Assembly (NCBI GenBank): GCA_041178425.1
Contig: JBEGVH010000019.1
Span: 1 to 60,519, forward strand
Direction of reading: 5' to 3'
Length of the DNA: 60,519 bases
Source: Pseudomonadota bacterium
GTDB lineage: Bacteria; Bdellovibrionota; Bdellovibrionia; Bdellovibrionales; Bdellovibrionaceae
Shown here: piece after piece, positions 17,984-28,200 of the stretch
Numbering within the stretch: the stretch's first letter is position 1
Layout of the letters: each line of letters begins with the position of its first letter
Program-made: the position numbers and the translations under genes
The notes under the pieces: generated by a model
Databases searched by the model: none
The model's input: the letters and a program-made list of their open reading frames with translations, nothing else
What the model was told of the DNA's origin: nothing

Positions 17984-20623
17984 ATGGTTCGTTTTGCGAG
18001 TCTTTTATTTTTAGTCGGATCGCTGTTTTTGGGCCAACTTGGGCTTGCCGAGGTCTATCTTACCTCGGATCACACCAATGTTAATGCTTTGATGGCGCGG
18101 GCTCTGCTTTTCAAAGATGAGGGCAATGCTCTTTCTGTGACCGAAGGGATGAGGTTTGACGACGTAAAAATAAAATTGTCGCAGTTACAGGAGACGAATC
18201 TTAAAGGAGTCAATGGATACAAGGGCACCAAGGTCTGGTTCTACCTACCTGTGGTCAACCAGACTGCCTTCACGAATTTCATTCTTAGGTATTCCTACCC
18301 ATCGATGCAACGGATTCACTTTTATTTATTCGACGAAAGCAAATTGATTTCATCTATGGAATCAGGGAAGCTCATCCCTTTCCAGCAGAGACCGATGAAA
18401 GATACCGATTATGAATTTCCTTTCGTGCTCGATAAAGACAAAACCTACCATATCTTAATGAGCTTTGAATCCAGTGGCTCGATGCAATTACCGATCGAGA
18501 TACTTTCTACGAACCAATTGCATGAGTTGACTCAAAATAAATACCTTTTCTATGGCATCTACTACGGAATCATTCTTCTGATTTTGCTTTATAGTGCCTT
18601 TTTGTCGATAACGCTGCGGGAGGGAATCTATACCTCTTATTTAGCCTATCTTATTGCCGTTGTATTTGCGCAGATGGGATTGCATGGCATCTCTTATCGT
18701 TATTTTTGGCCCAATATGCCGGAATGGAATAAGGTCAGCACGATTTTCTTTGTTCCGTTGATGTTCAGTTTCTTATCCATTTTTGCAGTCAATTCCCTGG
18801 ACCTTAAAAAGCAAGTGCCCTTGGCCTACAAAGTTTTGATGGGCTTTGCGGCCTTTTCATTTTCGATTTCGATCTCGGCACTTTTTGCTTACGGAAGCAC
18901 TATCATTAAGATTACGGGCCTCATTACTTCGCTGCTGCCATTTATCATGATCCCTCCAGCAATTATGGCGTGGAAAAGAAAAGTGGAATTTGCACCTTAT
19001 TACCTTTCGGCTGTTTTCTTCTATATCATTGGAGCCAGTCTCTATGGGTTAAAAGACTCCGGCATTATCCCCTCAAATTTTATAACCGAGAATGGAATCT
19101 TACTGGGTTCATTGATTGAGATTTTGATTTTTTCTGTGGGTATCGCGGTCCATATTCAAAAAATTCAAAAGCAAGCGGATTCTTTGAAGCTTGATCTAGA
19201 AAAGTCAAAAGTGCTGAGTGAAGTAGCGTCCCAAATCAGCCATGATATTCGTTCGCCACTTTCGGCATTAAATATGGTCTCAGCTTCGCTATTTGAAATC
19301 CCAGAAGAAAAACGACTGCTCATCCGAAACGCTTCTCAGCGAATCAACGATATTGCTAACCAGTTGCTTACTAAATCCAAAGAGACTCAAAAGACTAATC
19401 CGGTTAAGAGCCAGACTAGCCATGTTGAATTGTTAACTGGGGTCGTCGATGTGTTAGTTTCAGAGAAGCGAACGCAATTCCGAGATAAGCTGGGCATCTC
19501 AATTGAATTAGATCTTAACCGAGGCTATGGGGTTTTTGCTGAGATTGCCCCCATTGAGCTTAAACGAGCTTTAAGTAACTTGGTCAATAACTCCGTCGAG
19601 GCCTTTGAAAATGCAAAGGGGCTTGTTACTGTAGGTGTTACCCAGGATGATTCGAGCGCTATTATTTATGTGCGTGATAATGGTAAAGGCATACCTGAAC
19701 ATGTTTTAAAAAAGCTGGGTAATGAACGGGTTTCATTTGGGAAAGAGGGTACAAATTCCGGCAGTGGCTTAGGGATCTACCATGCCCAAAAAATGGTCGA
19801 TTCAGTGGGCGGCAAATTTAGAATTGAGTCTCAACCTGGTCAGGGTACAACCATTTATCTTGAGTTGAGAAAAGCGGCTGCGCCGAAGTGGTTTGTAGGA
19901 AAATTGGAATTGAAGAATCATAGTCATGTTGTTTGCATTGATGACGATGTCTCTATCCACCAAATCTGGAAGGATCGGTTGGATTCACTTAAATCAGACG
20001 ATATCGACCTCTCGTTGATCAATCTTTCATCGGGTAGTGCCCTTGGGGATTGGATCGCGTCTAGCTGCAGCCAATTAGAGAGCTGTCTTTTCTTGGTTGA
20101 CTATGAGCTGCTCGGGCAGCCGGACACGGGCTTGGATTTGATTGAAAAATACAAGCTTCAAAAGAAGGCCATTTTGGTGACAAGTCGCTTTGAGGAATCT
20201 GAAATTCAAGATCGCTGTTCTCGCCTTGGGGTCAGGCTGATTCCTAAAGGATTGGCGGCTATTGTACCAATTGAACTAGAGATGACGAATATTAAAATTG
20301 ACGCTTGTCTTATCGATGACGATCCATTGATCAGGCTTACTTGGGATCTTGCAGCAAAAGATTCTGGATCGACAATTGTAAGCTTTGATTCATTTGAGGC
20401 GTTCAAAGCTAGTTCGGCTAAAATCGCCAAAGAGACCCCTATAAGCGTGGATGTCAACCTAGGTAATGTGACCCGAGGTACTGACGTTGCCCGTGCACTA
20501 AATAACATGGGTTACCAGCGGATTTATTTAGCAACCGGATATGCCTCTGGGAGTATTGGGGATGTTCCCCCCTTTGTGATAGCTGTGCATGGAAAAGATC
20601 CAGCTTTTGTAAGAGGTAATTAG
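17984..20623 (+). CDS. 7TM-DISM hybrid sensor histidine kinase with two C-terminal receivers
   Basis: Signal peptide, DISMED2-like ectodomain, 7 TMs, SHDIRSPL H-box, NLVNNSVEA/DNGKG/GLG boxes and two IDDD receiver motifs. ATG 17984 has a GAGGT RBS. Confidence 0.9.
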   Translation: MVRFASLLFLVGSLFLGQLGLAEVYLTSDHTNVNALMARALLFKDEGNALSVTEGMRFDDVKIKLSQLQETNLKGVNGYKGTKVWFYLPVVNQTAFTNFILRYSYPSMQRIHFYLFDESKLISSMESGKLIPFQQRPMKDTDYEFPFVLDKDKTYHILMSFESSGSMQLPIEILSTNQLHELTQNKYLFYGIYYGIILLILLYSAFLSITLREGIYTSYLAYLIAVVFAQMGLHGISYRYFWPNMPEWNKVSTIFFVPLMFSFLSIFAVNSLDLKKQVPLAYKVLMGFAAFSFSISISALFAYGSTIIKITGLITSLLPFIMIPPAIMAWKRKVEFAPYYLSAVFFYIIGASLYGLKDSGIIPSNFITENGILLGSLIEILIFSVGIAVHIQKIQKQADSLKLDLEKSKVLSEVASQISHDIRSPLSALNMVSASLFEIPEEKRLLIRNASQRINDIANQLLTKSKETQKTNPVKSQTSHVELLTGVVDVLVSEKRTQFRDKLGISIELDLNRGYGVFAEIAPIELKRALSNLVNNSVEAFENAKGLVTVGVTQDDSSAIIYVRDNGKGIPEHVLKKLGNERVSFGKEGTNSGSGLGIYHAQKMVDSVGGKFRIESQPGQGTTIYLELRKAAAPKWFVGKLELKNHSHVVCIDDDVSIHQIWKDRLDSLKSDDIDLSLINLSSGSALGDWIASSCSQLESCLFLVDYELLGQPDTGLDLIEKYKLQKKAILVTSRFEESEIQDRCSRLGVRLIPKGLAAIVPIELEMTNIKIDACLIDDDPLIRLTWDLAAKDSGSTIVSFDSFEAFKASSAKIAKETPISVDVNLGNVTRGTDVARALNNMGYQRIYLATGYASGSIGDVPPFVIAVHGKDPAFVRGN

Positions 20624-20869
20624 ATTTGAAAATGAGATAAATAAATCGAAATGGCGCTTAAATATGAGTTTTTTCAAGCGTCAGCTAATCCGATTTTATT
20701 TAGCATCGATCAAGGCTATTTATTTTAATAACCTAAATTCTGCGCATGCCGAATGTACGATTGGTTTTATCACTAATGCTGCAAATCAAAAATAACAGCT
20801 CTTTAGGCTTGTTTAGTAACCAATTGTCACCCATAATTTTCATTGTTGCTTTGATGGAGGTTAGTAGAA

Positions 20870-21085
20870 ATGGTTCAGGCCCAGATGTGGTATACTGTTG
20901 AGCAGATAGCAGCTCACCTACAGGTATCAAAAGAAACAATCTACAGATGGCTTGATAAAGGCCGCATCCCAGCTCATCGCGTTGGTAAGCAGTGGCGGTT
21001 TCTAACTACCGAAGTCGATGAGTGGGTTAAACGCGGCGATGCAATTGAGAACCCACGCGAACAATCTACTGGGGAGTTGAGATGA
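20870..21085 (+). CDS. Excisionase-family HTH DNA-binding regulator
   Basis: WYTVEQIAAHLQVSKETIYRWLDKGRIPAHRVGKQWRF; GGAGG RBS; heads the defence operon. Confidence 0.9.
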   Translation: MVQAQMWYTVEQIAAHLQVSKETIYRWLDKGRIPAHRVGKQWRFLTTEVDEWVKRGDAIENPREQSTGELR

Positions 21086-21157
21086 TTCAAAATAAGCATC
21101 CTTACAGCATTTTATCACCCAGCCAGTACACTTTAAAAAATATGAGAGAGCCTCAAC

Positions 21158-21871
21158 ATGGGTAAATTGCCTAACTCGAATAAATCTGTTTCAAATAGTT
21201 ATCTCGAAGCCTTGAAGGCAATTAATGGGTGGACCACAGTTTCGGATTGGGCTCTTAAAGTCGGAGAGATGTTTCCAGAGCTTTTAGAAAAAGCAAATAA
21301 AGAAGCCAAAAACCACAAGCGGCCCACTACTGGTATTAGAGAAATTGCTGCGCGCATTAGTTCCTGGGTTTCAACTGACGGATTCGCTGGAAAAATTGAG
21401 GTTGATGAATCCGAACGCCCTAAACGAGTTCGAATCTTATCAGAGGAGGCGGCTTCTCACTATCAAGAAATATCTCTTGAAGCAGATCTTGAGCCATTGA
21501 CACGCGCTCAACGAATTAAATCTGATGAAGAAAGCTTGGGACTAAAAGAGAAATATCGAATTGCTGAGTTTGATGCCATTATCAGACAATTAAAAGAATT
21601 CTTTAACCTTGATTTTGAATTAGAACATGCGAAAGCGATCTTAAATTCAACAGATCCAGGCAAACATCATCCTGACAACCTTCAAATCTTACTCAAATCT
21701 CACAACCGATTAAAAAGCAATAGTAACTGGGACCGATTTTCTCTCCAAGAACAAATTGAATACATAAAAGCAGTCGTTCAAGTTCAGAAGCTTGTATCGG
21801 CAAAGATGAAAGTTGACCTTCACGATGACGTTATCGGCTCAATTATCGAACGACTTAAATTGATTTATTGA
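21158..21871 (+). CDS. HNH endonuclease domain protein
   Basis: ELEHAKAI...GKHHPDNLQILLKSHNRLKSN HNH motif. Confidence 0.8.
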   Translation: MGKLPNSNKSVSNSYLEALKAINGWTTVSDWALKVGEMFPELLEKANKEAKNHKRPTTGIREIAARISSWVSTDGFAGKIEVDESERPKRVRILSEEAASHYQEISLEADLEPLTRAQRIKSDEESLGLKEKYRIAEFDAIIRQLKEFFNLDFELEHAKAILNSTDPGKHHPDNLQILLKSHNRLKSNSNWDRFSLQEQIEYIKAVVQVQKLVSAKMKVDLHDDVIGSIIERLKLIY

Positions 21872-21881
21872 GGAAGTTGGA

Positions 21882-22046
21882 ATGAAGTTACAAATATCGA
21901 AGGAGTGCAGTTTCAGTCGGCTTGCGAGCATTGGTGGGTCGGTGTCCAGAATCAGTCTACCCAGCAAGATAAATGCTTTGGGGTTCGTTAGATGGATGAT
22001 CTTTGATGGGTTTATTAATTCGTTTGCAAAGGGAACGCTACAATGA
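21882..22046 (+). CDS. Small hypothetical ORF (54 aa) coupled to drmD
   Basis: GAGGA RBS, open frame, and its TGA overlaps the drmD ATG (ATGA). Confidence 0.4.
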   Translation: MKLQISKECSFSRLASIGGSVSRISLPSKINALGFVRWMIFDGFINSFAKGTLQ

Positions 22047-25000
22047 ATACTCCTGAAATTGGCAGTGCAGTATACATAAGGCAACGGCAATATGTTATCG
22101 ATGACGTTATTTATCCGTCCTCTCCCCATTCTTGCCACGTTGTTACATTAAGTTGCATTGATGACGATGCCCAGGGGCATCAGATCAAGGTTTTATGGGA
22201 AAAGGAATTTGATAAGCTTCCCAACTATGGTGAAAATTGGGCTGATCTGTCAGATCGGGCATTTGATAATCCAAAGGTGTTTTCGGCTTTCTATCATAAT
22301 CTTAACTGGAATAGTATTACATCAACAGATCCTGAGTTATTTCAGTCGCCGTTTCGCTCAGGCATCAAGATAGAGCCTTATCAGCTTGAACCACTTTGGA
22401 AGGCTCTGAAGTTACCAAGAGTAAACTTATTTATCGCCGACGACGTTGGACTAGGAAAAACCATTGAAGCGGGTTTAATTGCACGGGAATTACTAATTAG
22501 AAAAAAAGTAAGAGACATTGTTGTTGCAGCGCCCCCTTCAATGCTCTACCAGTGGAAAGAGGAACTGGAAAATAGATTTGGTCTCATGTTTGAGATCATG
22601 GATAAAAAATATATTTCAAAAATCAGACAAGAGCGTGGTTGGGCTGTTAATCCATGGGAAACACATTCTCGCTTTCTGGTTTCGCACAAGATGCTAATTG
22701 ATGATGAATATACATCTTTACTTCGTGATTGGCTCACCGAATTCAGAGGTAGATCAATTCTAATTCTGGATGAAGCCCATCATGCTGCGCCGGCAAGCGA
22801 CGGACTTTATGCAGTTGAAAGCCAATTTACTAAAGCAGTCATGGATTTGGCACCACGATTCGAGCATCGTCTTTTTCTATCTGCAACACCGCATAATGGG
22901 CATTCAAATAGCTTTTCAACTTTACTAGAGATTCTTGATCCAAATCGTTTTTATCGTTCCGAAAAAATAAAAGACAAAAAATTAATTGATGACATTATGG
23001 TTCGCCGTCTCAAAGAAGATTTACGCGATATAGTTCCAGGCTTCCCAGTTAGAAAGGTTGAGGCTATATCAATTAAAGAGGATACGTGGCCAGAGATTAA
23101 ACTATCTAATCTTTTACAACAGTATAAGGAAATCAAAGAGCTCCGTTTAAAAAGTTTAAAAGACAAATCAAAAGTATCTGCGGGGTTAGTTTTGACTGGA
23201 TTACAGCAACGACTTCTGTCATCTCCTGAAGCCTTTTACAAGACACTAAAAACACATAAAAATTCTTTTCAAAAACAAAGCAACACCATCCCATCTAATT
23301 CGATTGAATTTAGGAAAAGTGATTATTCTTTAGTACGACAAAGTGTCGATCAAGATAGTGATTTTGCAGATCTTACTCAAGAAGAGCTCGAAAAAATCGA
23401 AACTTCAATGATTGAAGAACTAACATCACTTAGCAATGAAGATCTCGAAGCAGAGGCATTAAAAAAGGAGCAGGCTTTGCTAGAACAGATGATGGGAATT
23501 GCTGAAGGGTGTCGTTACAAAAAAGATGGAAAAGTAACTTATTTAATTAATTGGATTGTTCAAAATCAATGTCCTGATAGGAAAAATTGGAGTGATTTAC
23601 GAGTTATTATTTTTACAGAATATGAGGACACCAAAAATTATATAAAAAATCAATTAGAACAGTTTTTTGACGGCCAAGTTGATTTTCAAGACCGCATTGC
23701 AGTTTTTCATGGCCCAACTACTATGGAAAAAAGAGAAGAAATAAAAAGAGCATTTAATGAAAACCCTTCGAAAAATAAATTGAGAATTTTAATTACCACT
23801 GATGCAGCGAGAGAGGGCCTTAATCTCCAGACTCATTGCTGGAACTTATTTCATTATGATATTCCCTGGAACCCAGGTCGCCTTGAGCAAAGAAATGGAC
23901 GGATAGATCGAAAGCTTCAGCCAAACAAAGAGGTTTATTGCCGCTATTTTGAGTATGCACATCGAGCAGAAGATAAAGTCTTGGCCACCCTTATAAGAAA
24001 GACAGAAACAATACGTAATGAGCTTGGTAGTTTATCACAAGTATTAGATCCTCAGATCACAGCCCTATTCGAGTACGGAATTGATCAACGTAAAATATCA
24101 GAAATAGACAGTAAAATAACCGGAACCTCGTTAGATGATTACAAAAGAAAGATCATTGAAAGTGAATTGGACCTTGCTCGCGATAAAAGGAAGCAAGATA
24201 TTAAAGACAAAATTGAATTAATGAAAAGGCTTTTAAAAAAATCTCAAAAATGGATTTCAATGGAAGATGAGTATCTACGATCAGCTATTAATTGTTCTCT
24301 CGAATTATCAAAATTACCTGGCTTAATTCAATCTGATCTTGGATTAATGTTTCCAAATATTACCGACTCCATAAAAGATTCTACTTGGCAAGCAACCCTA
24401 GATACACTTCGACCACCTAGGAGAAGAGATCAGAAACCTGCTGAATGGCGCGCGGAAACAACTTTTCGCCCGATTGTCTTTCAAGATCAGGAGAATATCA
24501 TGGATGAAAAAGTTCATCTTCATCTTGAACATCGACTTGTTAAGCGTTTGCTAAATAAATTTTCAGCTCAAGGATTCATTCAAGATGGATTGAGTAAAAT
24601 CTGTGTAATTCCAAGTAAAGTAAAAACACCTCGAGCAGTTTTATTAACAAGATTGTTATTTTTTAGTAAAAATGGTGCTGGCAGACTCCATGAGGAGATC
24701 ATTCCTATTTCCGCGGAGTGGATTTCCCGCGATAGGAAAAAAGGCATTCGTGTCTTTAAGGAAGAGGGCGAAGAAAGCTCGCTAAAGTTTATTCAGAGCG
24801 CCCTCTTGAATGACCAATTTAAAATCGTCGACACAACACTTATTAAACAATTTATACAAGAGGACTTTGAATCTCTTGCTTTTAACATTAAGGAGAGACT
24901 TGCTAACAGATGGGTAGAAATTGAAGAGGCATTGAAAAAAAGAGCAATTAATGAGGCCAATTCGCTTCGTGAATTGTTGGCAAATCAACTAAAGAGAATT

Positions 25001-25231
25001 AACGCAAAATTAGATGATAAAGAGGCCTGGCAGCCAAACTTTTTTGATCTGCTATATCCAGAAGAAAAAAAGCAAATAGACGCTGACAAAAGAGCATTGA
25101 TTAAAAAGGCCGAGAGATTAAAAAACGAGATAACTGAAGAGCCTGAAAAGGTTAAGAAAATATATGAGTATCACACTCCAAGAGTCGAAAAATTAGGACT
25201 GGTCTATCTGTGGCCCGAGGGTGGAGAGTAA
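22043..25231 (+). CDS. drmD: DISARM SNF2-like helicase DrmD
   Basis: IADDVGLGKT, LDEAHH, LSATPHNG and QRNGRIDR motifs; class I DISARM gene order. Confidence 0.9.
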   Translation: MNTPEIGSAVYIRQRQYVIDDVIYPSSPHSCHVVTLSCIDDDAQGHQIKVLWEKEFDKLPNYGENWADLSDRAFDNPKVFSAFYHNLNWNSITSTDPELFQSPFRSGIKIEPYQLEPLWKALKLPRVNLFIADDVGLGKTIEAGLIARELLIRKKVRDIVVAAPPSMLYQWKEELENRFGLMFEIMDKKYISKIRQERGWAVNPWETHSRFLVSHKMLIDDEYTSLLRDWLTEFRGRSILILDEAHHAAPASDGLYAVESQFTKAVMDLAPRFEHRLFLSATPHNGHSNSFSTLLEILDPNRFYRSEKIKDKKLIDDIMVRRLKEDLRDIVPGFPVRKVEAISIKEDTWPEIKLSNLLQQYKEIKELRLKSLKDKSKVSAGLVLTGLQQRLLSSPEAFYKTLKTHKNSFQKQSNTIPSNSIEFRKSDYSLVRQSVDQDSDFADLTQEELEKIETSMIEELTSLSNEDLEAEALKKEQALLEQMMGIAEGCRYKKDGKVTYLINWIVQNQCPDRKNWSDLRVIIFTEYEDTKNYIKNQLEQFFDGQVDFQDRIAVFHGPTTMEKREEIKRAFNENPSKNKLRILITTDAAREGLNLQTHCWNLFHYDIPWNPGRLEQRNGRIDRKLQPNKEVYCRYFEYAHRAEDKVLATLIRKTETIRNELGSLSQVLDPQITALFEYGIDQRKISEIDSKITGTSLDDYKRKIIESELDLARDKRKQDIKDKIELMKRLLKKSQKWISMEDEYLRSAINCSLELSKLPGLIQSDLGLMFPNITDSIKDSTWQATLDTLRPPRRRDQKPAEWRAETTFRPIVFQDQENIMDEKVHLHLEHRLVKRLLNKFSAQGFIQDGLSKICVIPSKVKTPRAVLLTRLLFFSKNGAGRLHEEIIPISAEWISRDRKKGIRVFKEEGEESSLKFIQSALLNDQFKIVDTTLIKQFIQEDFESLAFNIKERLANRWVEIEEALKKRAINEANSLRELLANQLKRINAKLDDKEAWQPNFFDLLYPEEKKQIDADKRALIKKAERLKNEITEEPEKVKKIYEYHTPRVEKLGLVYLWPEGGE

Positions 25232-25232
25232 T

Positions 25233-28200
25233 ATGGCCTCAAATAAAAGTATTGAATATCACCAGCAGTGGATTGGTTACTTAAACCCAACGGGCTTAGT
25301 ATTTTCTCCGCATGCACTTGATGACGCTCAAGCCGTTATAAATGAGAGTGTCATTTCTGAGCAAAAAGAGTTTTTGAACCTTGTAACAAAAACTCTAAAT
25401 GACAGCACTGAGTTTATTGGCTTTGAGAATGTCCGTGATTTATTTTTCAAAGTTTTAAACTGGCGCGAATCTGATCTTAATCCAGACCCAACCATTATTG
25501 CCCAGTATTCGTTTTCTCATCCGCAGTTTGGCGAAGTTATTTCTCCAACCTATGTGACAAAGGTTAATGATGAGAAAATCATCTTGATTCAACAATTAGC
25601 CCAGGATGATTTTGATAAAACCGCCAACACTGAAGATGCTTGGAACTCAAGTCCTCACTTCAAGTTTGAGAGACTTCTTCGAGAAAAGCAAATTTCTACA
25701 GGATTTATTGTCTCTAAAGAAAAACTACGACTAATCTTTGCTCAACGAGGAGAGTCATCTGGCTATATAGATTTCCCATTTAAAATCATGTATCAACCTT
25801 CTGGTCGTTTAGTATTCGCGGCTTTTAGAGAACTACTGTCAGCTACAAAAGTATTTAACTCACCCAAAGGCCAGTCGCTTATTGAGATTTTAGAGTTAAG
25901 TCGTAAATATCAAGCTCAAGTCTCAATTGAACTCTCTGGCCAAGTTCTGGCAGCCCTTTACGAGCTTCTAAGGGGCTTCCAGACAGCTAACGATGATGGT
26001 AGCGGCAAACTCTTAGAAAAAACGCTAAAAGAGAATCCTCAGCTCATTTACGAAGGACTTTTGACAACTTTACTTCGCATGGTCTTTATTATGTATGCCG
26101 AAGACCGCAATCTTTTGGCTATTGATGAGGTTTATCAAAGTAGTTACTCGCTTGCTGGACTTTATGAAAGACTCAGACAAGATGAGGCTCAGAACCCAGA
26201 CACGATGGATAGTCGTTATGGAGCTTGGGCATATTTAATTTCTCTTTTCCGTCTGATCTACGATGGTGCTGAGTACGATTCAGAAAAAGGAAAAGTAGTT
26301 TTACCAGCAAGGCATGGTCATTTATTTGATCCGAACATGTATCTATTCCTCGAGGGTAGAAACTTTAGAGATCAATTATATAGCAAGGCCCCAAAAATTT
26401 CTGATGGAGTTGTATTTAGAGTCCTTAAAAATCTTATCGTATTAAATGGCGAACGAATCTCTTATCGAACTCTCGATGTTGAGCAGATTGGTTCTGTTTA
26501 CGAAACTATGATGGGATTCGAGCTAGGCCGTGCTGCGGGTGAAACTATTGCTCTAAAGCCAGCGAAGTCTCACGGTGCACCTTTACCAATTAACCTCGAT
26601 GAAATTTTGGCAGCAAAAGATAAATCTAAAAAACTTGGCGAGGTTTCTGAATTAAAATTGTCCGACAAAGTAAAAAAAGAAGTTAATGAATGTAAAACGA
26701 TAGAAGAACTTGAGAGTGTTCTTGATAAAAGAATTGATCGAAGAGCTACGCCATTTAGACTTTCTAAAGATGCAATGGTTCTTGTTCCTAGTGAGGCACG
26801 AAGGAAATCTGGTTCTCACTATACTCCACGAGAACTGACGGAACCTATTGTTCGTGTTGCACTTGAGCCAATTCTAAAAAATCTTGGTGACAAACCAACT
26901 CCAGAGCAAATTATTGATCTCAAAATTTGCGACCCGGCAATGGGATCAGGTGCATTCTTGGTTGAAGTCTGTCGCCAAATTTCAGAGAAACTTGTTGAAT
27001 CATGGGCTGCTCATAAAGTTAAGGTTATTATTAGTGCCGATGAAGATGAGTTGCTTCATGCTCGTCGTTTGATCGCACAGAAATGTCTTTATGGAGTGGA
27101 CAAAAACCACATGGCTGTAAATCTCGCTAAGCTTTCGATATGGCTTGTGACTTTAGCTAAAGATCATGCATTTACCTTTCTGGATCACAATATAAAACAT
27201 GGGGATTCACTTGTCGGTCTTAAGAATAAACAGATTGAGGCGTTCGATTATGCTGAGCGAGGAGATTTGCCATTATTCCAATATGTAAAAGACCAACTCA
27301 AAGAAGCTATCGAAGCTCGTGAAGAGATTATTCATGCAACACACGAGCAAAACTATGAGGCTCTTAAAGAAATCGAAGAAGAATATCTAGATAGATTAGC
27401 CCCACTTCGCTTAGTTGGAAATCTAGCTCTCAGATGCTTCTTTGATGGCCATAATGAAAAGGAACGTGCAAAAAAACTTGAAGAGCATCGTCTCGTGATC
27501 TCAAATTTTTTATCGGCGAATAATTACGAAAAATTAGAAAAATACTGTCGCGAAAAGCTTAGCGAGATTAATTCCCAATTTGTTCCATTTCACTGGGAGT
27601 TAGAATTTCCAGAAGTTTTCATAAGAACCAATAAAGGATTTGATTGTTTTATAGGCAACCCCCCATTTGCAGGAAAGAACTCAATCATTTCAGGAAACGC
27701 TGAGGAATATTATAATTACTTACTTACGCAATTTAATGAAAGTAGCGGTAATGCTGATCTCGTATCCTATTTTTTAAAAAGAACCTTTAGCTTCATTAAC
27801 TCAGATGGAGTGTGTGTTTTGATAACGACGAACTCTGTAGCACAAGGCGAGACCCGTGAGAGCGGACTCTCCTACATTGTGAAAACTGGAGGACATATTT
27901 TCTATGCTATTAGAAGAAAGAGATGGCCTGGTGATGCTGCGGTTGTAGTGTCTATTGTTGGAATTACCAAAAAAAGCGGAGTTCCAACGGTTCTTGACGG
28001 AGTACCAGTAACAAAAATCTCTTCGCATCTCTTGAAAAATATCGATGAGGTAATTGTACAACAATTAATTGCAAATCGAAATAAAGCATTCAAAGGTGGC
28101 GTAATAATGGGAGACGGCTTTATCTTTGATGATAATGATGAAAATTGTGCCGGTTCAACTACTTTAGCAAAATCTTTTTTAGCAAAAAACGAAAATAATT

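Noticed and set aside
20870..21085. Second excisionase marking a nested prophage or element
   Set aside because: No second integrase, att pair or phage genes nearby. Such HTH genes commonly head restriction/defence operons as regulators.
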